The translations under genes were made by a program, and so were the position numbers. A stretch of DNA of 64,000 nt from Octopus sinensis. Lineage: Eukaryota. The notes beneath the pieces were generated by a model. That model searched no databases and was not told where the DNA came from. It saw only the letters and a program-made list of their open reading frames with translations. Location of the stretch: assembly GCF_006345805.1 (NCBI RefSeq), contig NW_021836152.1:186001-250000 (forward strand). Direction: 5' to 3'. This document shows, piece by piece, positions 14,072 through 26,877 of this stretch (position 1 is its first letter; every line of letters begins with the position of its first letter).

Positions 14072-14211
14072 GATGATGATGATGATGATGATTGATGATG
14101 ATGATTGATGAAGATGATTGATGAAGATGATGATGATGATTGATGATGATGATGATTGATGATGATGAAACAAGTATTATATCCATGCAATAAAATTGTT
14201 TTACTTTTCAG

Positions 14212-14328
14212 ACATAGACGAGTGCACAGCAGACCCATGCGGGGCACAGGGGAAATGCACCAACACACCAGGATCCTACACATGTGTCTGTAATCCAGGG
14301 TTCGAGTTCAGCGAAACAACATGCATTG
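14212..14328 (+). CDS. cbEGF exon 6 (type A): [39 protein letters not shown]
   Basis: cttttcAG / GTaagt, 117 nt, phase 1-1. Confidence 0.9.
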
Positions 14329-14388
14329 GTAAGTAAAACAATAGACAACATCACGCGTATAGGTGTAACTGGTTTCAAGATATAAAAA

Positions 14389-15367
14389 GTACACTGCAAC
14401 ATCATTTCTTTTCCTCAACAGGCCCTGCCCTATTTAACATTGTCCCGAGGGAGATCGAAGAGGAAAAGGATCCCACCAACTTCAAACAGAGTCTGGATAG
14501 ATTCCTTCAAAGAATACCAAATAAGCCACCCATAATTGGATACAACTCACCCAACAAGAAATCACTACTTGAACAAAACTGGATACAACTCACCCAGAAG
14601 AACTCACTACTTGAACAAAACTGGATACAACTCACCCAACAAGAACTCACTACTTGAACAAAACTGGATACAACTCACCCAGCAAGAAATCACTACTTGA
14701 AGAAAACTGGATACAACTCACCCAGCAAGAAATCACTACTTGAACAAAACTGGATACAACTCACCCAGAAGAACTCACTACTTGAACAAAACTGGATACA
14801 ACTCACCCAACAAGAAATCACTACTTGAACAAAACTGGATACAACTCACCCAACAAGAACTCACTACTTGAACAAAACTGGATACAACTCACCCAGCAAG
14901 AAATCACTACTTGAACAAAACTGGATATAACTCACCCAGCAAGAAATCACTACTTGAACAAAACAGGATACAACTCACCCAACAAGGACTCACTACTTGA
15001 ACAAAACTGGATACAACTCACCCAGCAAGAAATCACTACTTGAACAAAACAGGATACAACTCACCCAACAAGGACTCACTACTTGAACAAAACTGGATAC
15101 AACTCACCCAGCAAGAAATCACTACTTGAACAAAACTGGATACAACTCACCCAGCAAGAAATCACTACTTGAACAAAACTGGATATAACTCACCCAGCAA
15201 GAACTCACTACTTGAACAAAACTGGATACAACTCACCCAACAAGAACTCACTACTTGAACAAAACTTGACTTAAACAAAACTTGACTTAAACAGGTTTCG
15301 AATAATCCTATCAGGTGGTGCTATTAAGTTAGACATGGCCTGGACCAATCTTTGGTCGAAACATATC
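14389..15367 (+). mobile_element. 5'-truncated CR1/L2-group LINE 3' end containing a minisatellite
   Basis: Translates STGPALFNIVPREIEEEKDPTNFKQSLDRFLQRIPNKPPIIGYNSPNKKSLLE, resembling the GPxLFNxLP...FKxxLDxFLxxIPDxP..GY C-terminus of CR1/L2-group ORF2; ends in (TAA)n. Confidence 0.7.
14538..15266. repeat. 43-bp minisatellite, 17 tandem units (GGATACAACTCACCCA[A/G]CAAGAA[A/C]TCACTACTTGAACAAAACT)
   Basis: Units start at 14538, 14581, 14623, 14666 ... 15224; two units are 42 bp. Confidence 0.97.
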
Positions 15368-15565
15368 TAATAATAATAATAAAAATAATAATATTAATAA
15401 TGATGATGATGTTGATGATGATGGGGATGATGATGATGATAATGATGATGATTGGTGATGATTGATGATTGATGATGATGATTGGTGAAGATGATTGATA
15501 ATGATGATTGATGATGATGAAACATAAGTATTATATCCATGCCATAAAATTGTTTTACTTTTCAG

Positions 15566-15682
15566 ACATAGACGAGTGCACAGCAGACCCATGCGGGGCA
15601 CAGGGGACATGCACCAACACACCAGGATCCTATACATGTGTCTGTAATCCAGGGTTCGAGTTCAGCGGAACAACATGCGTTG
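15566..15682 (+). CDS. cbEGF exon 7 (type A): [39 protein letters not shown]
   Basis: cttttcAG / GTaagt, 117 nt, phase 1-1. Confidence 0.9.
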
Positions 15683-15802
15683 GTAAGTAAAACAATAGAC
15701 AACATCACGCGTATAGGTGTAACTGGTTTTGAAGATATAATAAAAATAATAATAATAATAATAATAATAATGATGATAATAATAATAATAATAATAATAA
15801 TA

Positions 15803-15859
<57 letters not shown>

Positions 15860-15876
15860 TAATAATAATAATAATA

Positions 15877-16249
15877 ATGCTTTCTAATTGATGTATCAAT
15901 ACCGGCTGATGACAACGTGCTCTAAAAGTAATGGAGAAACTCTCAAAATACAAAGACCTGGAAATAGAGGTAACTAGAATGTGGAATCTGAAAACAGAAA
16001 CAATTCCTATCATAGTAGGTGCATTAGGCATGATAAAAAATATTCAGACAAATACATAACAAAAACACCAGGACTTACAAACACATATAACATACAGAAA
16101 ATTGCACTACTAGGCACTGCACACATCCTACGCAGAACACTTTCCATACAATAACCATCAGAGCATCACAACAAATCACAGCACATACCCAAGGCACACA
16201 GAGCTGTGCTCGGTAGTGAAGTGAAAGCACGCTATAAAAAATAAAACTA

Positions 16250-16255
<6 letters not shown>
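15877..16255 (+). mobile_element. R4/Dong family A 3' fragment
   Basis: Nearly identical to 8300-8678; (TAA)n on both sides. Confidence 0.9.
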
Positions 16256-16334
<79 letters not shown>

Positions 16335-16337
<3 letters not shown>

Positions 16338-16903
16338 GAATACGAAGATTTGAGAAGAGAAACAAGTTTTACAAGCAAAATAAGCTGTTCACATCCAATG
16401 CCAAAAAATTCTACAGAGAAATAGGGAAGGAGAAAGTAACCGTTAAAGACACCCCTCCCATGGAAGAAGTTCAAAACTTTTGGAAAAGGATTTGGAGTGA
16501 CAAGAAGACGTACAACATAAATGCAGACTGGATTATACAAACTGAAGGATCCTACCAAAATTTACAACAACAAGCATGGGAAGACATCACAATAACAGAC
16601 CTAAGAAAGGCACTCATGAAGGCCCATAATTGGAAATCCCCCGGTAAAGATAGGTTGCCGAATTTCTGGCTCGCATCGCTCCCATGCGCACACGGTAAGC
16701 TAGTTCAGCTGCTCAATGGAATTATGAGAGACCCAAAGAAAACACCTGAATGGTTAGCAAGTGGCATTACTTACCTACTCCCAAAGAATAACGAAACCAA
16801 CCTTCCAAAAAACTATCGGCCTATAACCTGTCTATCCACCACGTATAAAATCCTAACATCTATCCTGGCGGAGAAAACATATGCATTCATGGAGAAGAAC
16901 GAT
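16335..16903 (+). mobile_element. R4/Dong family B internal fragment lacking a 3' end
   Basis: Near identical to about 10138-10703; runs directly into (GAT)n. Confidence 0.9.
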
Positions 16904-16976
16904 GATGATGATGATGATGATGATGTCGATGATGTTGATGATGATGGGGATGATGATGATGATAATGATGATGATT

Positions 16977-17021
<45 letters not shown>

Positions 17022-17145
17022 GATGATTATGATGATGATGATTGATGATGATGAAACATAAGATGATTGATGAGGAAGTTTGATGAGGATGATTGATGAT
17101 GAAACAAGTATTATATTCACGCAATAAAATTGTTTTACTTTCCAG

Positions 17146-17262
17146 ACATAGACGAGTGCACTGGTTGGCCATGCGGGATAAATGAGGATTGCACCAACAC
17201 ACCAGGATCCTTCACATGTGCCTGCATTCCAGGGTTCGAGTTGAACGGCAGAATTTGCATTG
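17146..17262 (+). CDS. cbEGF exon 8 (type B): [39 protein letters not shown]
   Basis: ctttccAG / GTaagt, 117 nt, phase 1-1. Confidence 0.9.
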
Positions 17263-17330
17263 GTAAGTAAAGCAGAATAGACATCACGTGCATAGGTGTA
17301 ACTGGTTTCGAGTTATAGTAATAATAATAA

Positions 17331-17386
<56 letters not shown>

Positions 17387-17490
17387 GATAATGATAATAA
17401 TGATAATAATGATGTCGATGATGTTCATGATGATGGTGATGATGATGATGATGATGATAATTACTGAAGATTGATGATTGATGATGATGA

Positions 17491-17523
<33 letters not shown>

Positions 17524-17658
17524 GATGATGATGATTGATGAAGATGATATTGGTGATGACGATGATAATGATGATTGATGATGATGATGATGATGATGAT
17601 GATTGATGATGATGAAACAAGTATTATATCCATGCAATAAAATTGTTTTACTTTTCAG

Positions 17659-17775
17659 ACATAGACGAGTGCACAGCAGACCCATGCGGGGCACAGGGAA
17701 TATGCACCAACAAAATAGGATCCTACACATGTAGCTGTAATCCAGGGTTCGAGTTCAGCGGAACAACATGCATTG
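17659..17775 (+). CDS. cbEGF exon 9 (type A): [39 protein letters not shown]
   Basis: cttttcAG / GTaagt, 117 nt, phase 1-1. Confidence 0.9.
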
Positions 17776-17836
17776 GTAAGTAAAACAATAGACAACATCA
17801 CGCGTATAGGTGTAACTGGTTTCAAGATATAATAAA

Positions 17837-17901
<65 letters not shown>

Positions 17902-17966
17902 TGATGATGATGATGTCGATGATGTTGATGATGATGGGGATGATGATGATGATAATGATGATGATT

Positions 17967-18008
<42 letters not shown>

Positions 18009-18134
18009 GATGATTATGATGATGATGATTGATGATGATGAAACATAAGATGATTGATGAGGAAGTTTGATGAGGATGATTGATGATGAAACATAAGTAT
18101 TATATTCACGCAATAAAATTGTTTTACTTTCCAG

Positions 18135-18251
18135 ACATAGACGAGTGCACTGGTTGGCCATGCGGGATAAATGAGGATTGCACCAACACACCAGGATCCT
18201 TCACATGTGCCTGCATTCCAGGGTTCGAGTTGAACGGCAGAATTTGCATTG
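18135..18251 (+). CDS. cbEGF exon 10 (type B, identical to exon 8)
   Basis: ctttccAG / GTaagt, 117 nt. Confidence 0.85.
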
Positions 18252-18302
18252 GTAAGTAAAGCAGAATAGACATCACGTGCATAGGTGTAACTGGTTTCGA
18301 GT

Positions 18303-18351
<49 letters not shown>

Positions 18352-18443
18352 GATAATGATAATAATGATAATAATGATGTCGATGATGTTCATGATGATG
18401 GTGATGATGATGATGATGATGATAATTACTGAAGATTGATGAT

Positions 18444-18487
<44 letters not shown>

Positions 18488-18617
18488 GATGATGATGATT
18501 GATGAAGATGATTGATGACGATGATAATGATGATTGATGATGATGATGATGATGATGATGATTGATGATGATGAAACAAGTATTATATCCATGCAATAAA
18601 ATTGTTTTACTTTTCAG

Positions 18618-18734
18618 ACATAGACGAGTGCACAGCAGACCCATGCGGGGCACAGGGAATATGCACCAACAAAATAGGATCCTACACATGTAGCTGTAAT
18701 CCAGGGTTCGAGTTCAGCGGAACAACATGCATTG
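18618..18734 (+). CDS. cbEGF exon 11 (type A, identical to exon 9)
   Basis: cttttcAG / GTaagt, 117 nt. Confidence 0.85.
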
Positions 18735-18813
18735 GTAAGTAAAACAATAGAAAACATCACGCGTATAGGTGTAACTGGTTTCAAGATATAATAAAAATAG
18801 TAATAATAATAAT

Positions 18814-19110
18814 GGGGTTTGAATAATTCACCTCTAGAAGCATAGGTGGTTCTTTCAATATCCTTAAACAACCCTTATTCAGGGACCTTTTGAGCGGGAT
18901 GGGCTACTAAATCTGAAGAAAATTCTAACTGGGCCCCACCTGCAAGGTCATGCGCTGTTTATCTTGATTTGAGATCACCATGTCACGCACATATGGTTGT
19001 GATGCATGTGCCTGGTGTACCCTTATCAGACTGGTAGTCATGATGGGTATATTGGGCTTCGTATATTTTACCCCAGTGTCACTTTGATGGCATGAACTGC
19101 TCTCTCACTC
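18814..19110 (+). mobile_element. 297-bp non-coding element embedded in (TAA)n (SINE-like or 3' UTR-only retrocopy)
   Basis: Unique-sequence island between (TAA)n tracts ending ctctcactc(AAT)n; no ORF. Confidence 0.5.
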
Positions 19111-20211
<1,101 letters not shown>

Positions 20212-20216
20212 AAGAA

Positions 20217-20261
20217 TCTGCGTCGGTAATGAAGTGAAAACACGATATAAAAATAAAACTA

Positions 20262-20267
<6 letters not shown>
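20217..20267 (+). mobile_element. Terminal about 50 nt of R4/Dong family A 3' UTR
   Basis: ctgcgtcggtaatgaagtgaaaacacgatataaaaataaaactactgaat matches family A terminus; preceded by (GAA)n, followed by (AAT)n. Confidence 0.75.
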
Positions 20268-20356
<89 letters not shown>

Positions 20357-20359
20357 TAA

Positions 20360-22083
20360 TTATATGGATGACTTAAAACTTTATGGTAAAGACAATAATG
20401 AACTTGAAGGCCTATTGCGCACCGTGAAATCATTCAGCGATGACATCGGGATGGAGTTTGGACTTGAGAAGTGTGCCAAGGCCACTTTCCAGAAAGGGAA
20501 AGTGAAGACCACAAATTCAGTCGTGTTAGATGTTGACACAGTCATAAGAGAGCTTGAGCAAGAACAAACATACAAATATTTAGGGATAAATGAAGGCTCT
20601 GGTATTCAGCATGCAAGAATGAAAGAGAAAATCAGGAAGGAATGTTATAGGAGAGTTCGTGCAGTCCTGAAATCTGAACTAAATGCACGTAACAAGGTGT
20701 TAGCTATAAATTCCCTAGCAGTTCCAGTTGTTACTTATAGCTACAATGTGTTGAACTGGAATATGAGTGAAGTAAAGAATATAGATAGAAAAATACGCAA
20801 GCTGCTGAGTTGTAATAGGATGCACCACCCAAAGGCAGACGTAGATCGCCTTTACCTTCCCAGAGCCCAAGGAGGTCGAGGCCTGATCCAATTTGAACTA
20901 GCTTACAAAACAACTACAATTGGACTGGCCAAATATCTCGAAATATCGAATGACTGGATGCTAAAGCTCGTGGAAAATCACGAGAGACGAAAGAAGCTTC
21001 ATTCTATCATAAAGGAAAGCAAAAAATTTGCTATTGATCTCGTGCAGGATACCCAAACTGAACAACCAGAGGGAAGTACGGCAACTATTGTTGCAAAGAA
21101 GGTGAAAATGATGGCAATGAAAAAAGCGCACGAGCAATTGGCTGATAGGTGGGAGGAGAAACCTCTGCACGGCAAATATGTGACCCGCAGCAAACAAGCT
21201 GATGTTGACCAGAAGCAAACCCATCAGTGGCTGCGGAGCTCAGGGCTAAAAGCAGAGAGCGAAGGTTTCATCCTGGCTGCTCAAGACCAAAGCCTATCAA
21301 CCCGGAACTACCAGGCCAATGTGATGAAAAATGGAGCAGACCCAAAATGCCGATTCTGCAACGACATGATTGAGACAGTGGACCACCTAATCTCTGGATG
21401 TAAAGTCTTAGCACCAGTGGAGTATAAATTAAGACATGACAGAGTTGGCCAATATCTACACTGGCTAATAAGTCGGCATTACAATATCAAAACTGCCGAC
21501 AAGTGGTATAATCACCACCCTGAGGCTGTAACTGAAGGAGAAAATGTAACCATTCTGTGGGACTTTCCAGTACATACAGACCGAACCATCAAGGCCAATA
21601 AACCAGATATTGTTGTGAAAGACCAAAACAATAAAGTTTGCTTATTGATCGACATGAGCATCCCCTGTGATCATAATATCTCAGCGAAAGAGTTTGACAA
21701 GCTCAGAAAATATAAAGACCTACTCATTGAAATTGAGAAAATGTGGCATCTCAAGGCGGTTACAATACCAGTGATCGTAGGAGCACTAGGAATGATCAAG
21801 AAGGGAACCGAAAATTATATGAGAATGATCCCTGGCTTACCATCCCTGCAAGAAGTGCAAAAGATTGTCTTAACTGGTACATCACACGTATTGAGAAGAG
21901 CATTGTCGATGTGAGAACTGTTGCTGCTCATGTATTTTAATTTAACTTAAAAAAAAAATAATAATAAAAAAAAATTAACGAACTACTGAGTTTGGTTTAA
22001 TGGCCTACCAATATACACTATGAGTTTCTTTGCCCTAGGAGTCGGGAAGACACTCGGCAAGAAATGGAAGCAAATTTGAAAGA
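20360..22083 (+). mobile_element. R4/Dong family B 3' half with uninterrupted 516-aa ORF
   Basis: ORF 20364-21914 begins at the YMDD motif; near identical to 11140-12840 but without its two stops; (AAT)n tail. Confidence 0.93.
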
Positions 22084-22161
22084 ATAATAATAATAATAAT
22101 AATAATAATTATAATAATAATAATAATAATTATACTAATTATAATAATAATAATAATAATA

Positions 22162-22200
<39 letters not shown>

Positions 22201-22323
22201 ATGAAGAGGAGAAGGAGGAGGAGAAGAAAGAGAACAACGACGACGAGCAGGGCGACGGCGACGGTGATGTTATCAATTTTTGAGGTTTCGAGTTTTCAGC
22301 ATATTTACTAAAGTTTTCTTTAG

Positions 22324-22510
22324 TTCTCACCGAATATGCAACGAAGGAATTACACTACAACTTTGGCAAGACATGTATGGACGTTGAAAGAAACCACTGC
22401 ACAATACAACGCCAAGTGGAGTGTGTCAGAGCAGAACAGACTTACCATCCGTAGGATCTGCAAACTCTGTTTACCGTGAAAAGGAATCATACTAAAAAAT
22501 CCCTCCGCCC
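22324..22510 (+). mobile_element. Degenerate Penelope-like GIY-YIG C-terminal remnant
   Basis: Translates ..NYTTTLARHVWTLKETTAQYNAKWSV...ICKLCL, resembling the TxLSxxxWxLK..Y.I.W.I....CxLCLxEK tail of PLE endonucleases. Confidence 0.5.
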
Positions 22511-23036
22511 AAGGGCCTACATGAAAGTCAGCATTTGTTATCATGGCCTTATAAGTATATAATAAACCCCTTTTTGTGGGGTACTCCATTAGAATGTCGT
22601 TTGCTTGTTACGTTATTGTATAGTGTCACATTTTTATTTTTACTTATATATTTTTTTATTTCCTTCTTATTTTCAGCTATCTAATTCTAACGAATTAAAA
22701 AATATTCACAGCAGAACATCTCTGTCGATCACATTCCTGGCATGACATCGTCCGTCTGATTGATCTCTGTATGACCTGACTCACCGTTTATTACGTAACT
22801 TCCACACCGGGTCATCTTCACGGAAAAGACGATCTCGTCATCCAAATATGTCTCTTACATATTATTATATTAACATAATTTCGTTTCCTCTTGTCTTTTT
22901 ATTAATTGAATAAATTAATCTAATTCATTAAAGCATACTCTAAACAAAACATTGATTGTTTCTCTGTGTTATTGAGTAAAATGTCGGTGTTTGCTCGAAT
23001 TTAATTTCAAACACACACATACGCGCGCGCGCACAC

Positions 23037-23078
<42 letters not shown>

Positions 23079-23127
23079 CTGTGTGTGCGAATGGGTGTCT
23101 TTTTATGTTTGCATGTGTTTACATAGA

Positions 23128-23375
23128 TATGTACATACAAAATTTAAAGGACTGACCACTCAAAAAGTGGCCGGTCAACATGCTAGATATAGACGTCAAA
23201 TCGCTATTTTCCACAAAGAATATGTTCTCAAATAAAAACTCAGCACAAAACCAAAGCATTAATAATAAGCAAGACAAATGAAAATATACGAAATAAAAAT
23301 GATTACCCATGTACTGAATCAGTTTCGATTATTAATATCCGCAAGGATAAACTGTAATCTCGTCAGCATAGTCTG
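23128..23375 (-). mobile_element. Short element with hammerhead motif at its 5' part; same family as the 30008-30367 foldback
   Basis: 23136-23310 aligns to the arms of the 30008-30367 inverted repeat; hammerhead at 23307-23371. Confidence 0.65.
23307..23371 (-). ncRNA. Type I hammerhead ribozyme motif, intact core
   Basis: ctatg-CTGACGA-GATTA..TAATC-GAA-ACTG att CAGT-A-catgg: three stems pair; GUA cleavage triplet. Confidence 0.75.
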
Positions 23376-23549
23376 TCAAAAGAAATACAATTTGCAGGAC
23401 TAGATGCAAAAACGTTTGACCGGAGTCTCTCCTGCATGGAGTCCAACCGATTATATTTTTGTGTATCTTTCAAATGCCTTCACTTTGGCGCGCTGAGATC
23501 GGATGCGCTCACACACACTGAAAAAGATTTAGGTTCCGATATCCAAATG

Positions 23550-23649
<100 letters not shown>

Positions 23650-23664
23650 CATTCATACATACAT

Positions 23665-24230
23665 ACATGGTGGCTGCCCCCTCGTTATCGAGTATGGCCA
23701 TTGCACGAAGCTTAATCAATGTTGTTATCGTGCAATGCCTGTGCAAGAAGATATTTTTTAAAGTGAGGAAAGGCTGTGCACTGAATCAATCCCACTTTCT
23801 AAGCAACAGTAGCCATAATCCGAAAAGAAGCAAGTCGACATCATCGGTAACCACTGAGCCGCAGGTTTTTATGTTGGTGTTGGAGTTATCCCAGTTACCT
23901 GAGTTACCTTCTACTAGAAGGATGCCCTAACAAAGGCTAGGAGTCCTTCACTCCCAATGGTTTAACAGCGCGATCGGGTATTCAGTCCGATTATTTCTAT
24001 GTCCCCGCGCATGATACAGCCTTAAGACATTTATTGGATGGCCGTTGACTCTCAAGAGTTCCTCCGCCCTTTGCAGGTTTATGTTTTTCATCCCGCAGGG
24101 TGTCCAATAAACACCCTCCTCACCAAGCAAGCTTGGTAGGGTTGCCGGTTTAGTCGCCAATGATCTGACCATGCAACAGGTTGTACTGGGTTACATGTTA
24201 CCAGTAACACTCGAAAGTGACCTGACATAC
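23665..24230 (-). mobile_element. Possible short RTE-derived non-autonomous element with (GTAT)n tail
   Basis: GC-richer island; minus strand ends ...gataacgagggggcagccacc then (ATGT)n; UTR-like, no ORF. Confidence 0.3.
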
Positions 24231-24271
24231 ACATACATACATACATGCATGTGTACATATATATATATATA

Positions 24272-24465
24272 GTTAATCCAAACAAGAAAACACAGAAAAA
24301 AACACAGCAACGCGAGGACGTGGAACAATTAAAGTATTATTTGACGCTCAGGAAAGAAGGGAAGGAGGGTTTAACGCTTCGAGCGGAGCTCTTCGTCGGA
24401 AACAAAGGAGAAGGAAAGATCCCGAGAAGGGAAGACAGAGGAAAAAAATTTTTTTGCTGGTGGTG
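24272..24465 (-). mobile_element. About 190-bp TA-associated repeat with variant minimal hammerhead motif
   Basis: Reverse complement of 31195-31381; motif at 24369-24403. Confidence 0.7.
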
Positions 24466-25644
24466 CTGAAGAGATCGTAGATATATACATATGTGTGTGT
24501 CTGTAAGTATGTAAGTAAATGTAAGTATTAGCAATTAGACAGATCAATAAATAAAGTCCTAGCTTAAAATATTATTTCTTATATGATGTTTTAAATTTAT
24601 TCTGTGTCAGATCTTGCCTTCCCTGATAGATAGGCCTCTTAATCAGGACAGATTTGTGCAATTTTTCGCCAAGAATCATCATTGAGGATATTTTTTGCCT
24701 TTAGAAATTATTTAATAACTTATAAGTTCTTACAACTTTGGCACACGTAATGCTTTGCTTTCGTTGGTTTAATAAATATTCCTCCAACTTATGATTTTGC
24801 TTTCATTTCGTGATAGTCAGCTATCATGCCGAAAATGCCAGCTTCTAAATCCTGTTTTATGATTAGGTAATATTTGTTAAACTTTAAACCTCAGTAACCT
24901 TTTCCTGCAACTTTTCTGCAACAAATAAATAACAAAGTTATTTCAAGTTACTAAACTTGGAAATATTGACCTAGTTGTAGACTCTCAAAATATGTGACAG
25001 TAACAGGGATGTCCCAACAAAATTAGAGAGACAGACAGTTATAGGATGTGTTACACACACACACGTTTAAATACGTACACACAGGGAATCACGAGTTTAA
25101 AATGTATAATAGACATATGCATGTACCATGTATGTATATATTCATATGTATGCGTGTGTCTATGTGTGAGTGTTTCTTTGCCCATAAACTTCAGAAAAGC
25201 CACCCACTCTGTCTCTCATGAAAGCTACGTTTTCATAAAATACACCCTTCTCTGTGTATGTGTGTGTTGTATCAATGTTTTTACAAAAGTATGTATGCAG
25301 CGTCGCGTGTATATGACAGCTATATTAACATTAAAATTCCATTCTTGCTGATGTTCTCGCCTTCACTGATAGAAGTCTCCCTCTCTCTTTGATACTCTCT
25401 TTCCGTCAAATTAATACGTTTTGCAACTTTATCATTTTATAATTTTATTTGTTCCAATGCCCCTGGGTTGCACGTTATAGATTTTTATAGGAATCCAATT
25501 AACTTATCACTTAACTGAAAGTTAGCGTAACATGAACGGAAAGCTTCGTGAATATTGGTTCATTGGTTTAAACAATAAGATGGTAAAAGTCATTCTGACT
25601 CTTATTTCTAGCTGCTGCTTACTAGCAACATTAGTCACTTCATA

Positions 25645-25739
<95 letters not shown>

Positions 25740-25760
25740 AGTGTGTGTGTGTGTGTGTGT

Positions 25761-26770
25761 TGTTACGAACCACCTGCCGTCGCTCAAACTCTTCGGAAAA
25801 CCCGGGACCCTACCAAGTCGAGCGACGACGATCGACTGGCTCGATCGAACGGTGAATTCGCCACGGACACAGAGAGAGAGAGAGAGAATTCGGTGAGGGA
25901 AGGCGGCAGCGAACTCGGCAACTGGCGACCGGAGAGAACAACAACAAACAACGACAGCGGGAAGAGACACAGAGACACGGCGGAAGGCAATTTGGCCTAC
26001 GTTTAGCAACAATAGTTTATAACAATTATTACATCAAATACACCAAAGAAAATACGTGCAAGAAAACAAGGAAACAACAAATCAAAGCATGCAGGTACAA
26101 TAACAGTTCAGAGACAAATCGGTTCAGTTCAATTAAAACAAATAATCTTCACATTAACGATACAGTTCAATACATTAGAGTCTTTCTCCTTCTTTCTTTC
26201 TTTTCAACAACTCTTTTCACAATGTCTTTACAGTTCTTTCTTTGCTTTCCGCAATTCTGTAACAGTTCTTTTCACATATCAAAACATAAATAAACATACC
26301 GTTACGAGCTACTACAATAGCCAGTGCCCTCGTACCGTAGTCCCTCTCTCTTAGCTCCTTAATCCTATCTGTCTGTCTTCCTCTACGCTGTCGCTGCCTC
26401 TCGCTGTAATCCTATCTGCCTGTCTTCCTCTTTCACATTCACTGTCATTCTCGGGTTTGTCATCCCTCAGATTGTCTGTCTGTCTTTCTCAACTGACCGA
26501 TTTCGTATCATTGCCACCTTCTTGGCTGACCGTCCGTATCGCTTCCGTTTCTGGCCAGAACTGCCGGCCGACTGTCCCACAGACTCACAGCTCCTGCTTT
26601 TTTATAGGGTAACTCCTCGAACTTTCCTTGACCGGAACAAGGCCAAAGGTCTCCTCAAAACTCATCAATCCTTCCAGAATCTGACGGAACAAAGGATTTA
26701 CTCGCCTACTTGACGCCAGCTCACAAAAAGTAGGTCGTAGCACTCAGTTTCCGAACTGACCTCCATAACA
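25761..26770 (-). mobile_element. Solo LTR (Gypsy-like)
   Basis: TGTTA...TAACA termini; its 3' end matches the LTR end followed by a PBS at 30652-30720; no TSD found. Confidence 0.7.
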
Positions 26771-26877
26771 CTATGTATGTATGTATATATGTATGTATAT
26801 ATGTATGTATATAAGTATGTATATATATATGTATGTATGTATATATGTATATATATATGTGTATATATATATATGTA

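Noticed and set aside
14538-15266. CRISPR-like periodicity
   Set aside because: Head-to-tail tandem units with no unique spacers, no cas genes, eukaryotic context
22324-22490. Possible next exon of the EGF gene after ttttctttAG
   Set aside because: Phase-1 frame stops after 43 codons without recognisable domain; another frame matches a Penelope-like endonuclease tail
22475-22490. In-frame TGA in the PLE remnant as selenocysteine
   Set aside because: Better explained by small indels in a decayed CLxEK motif; no SECIS identified
22720-22790. Candidate short terminal exon (EHLCRSHSWHDIVRLIDLCMT*)
   Set aside because: Acceptor is plausible but there is no homology or other support
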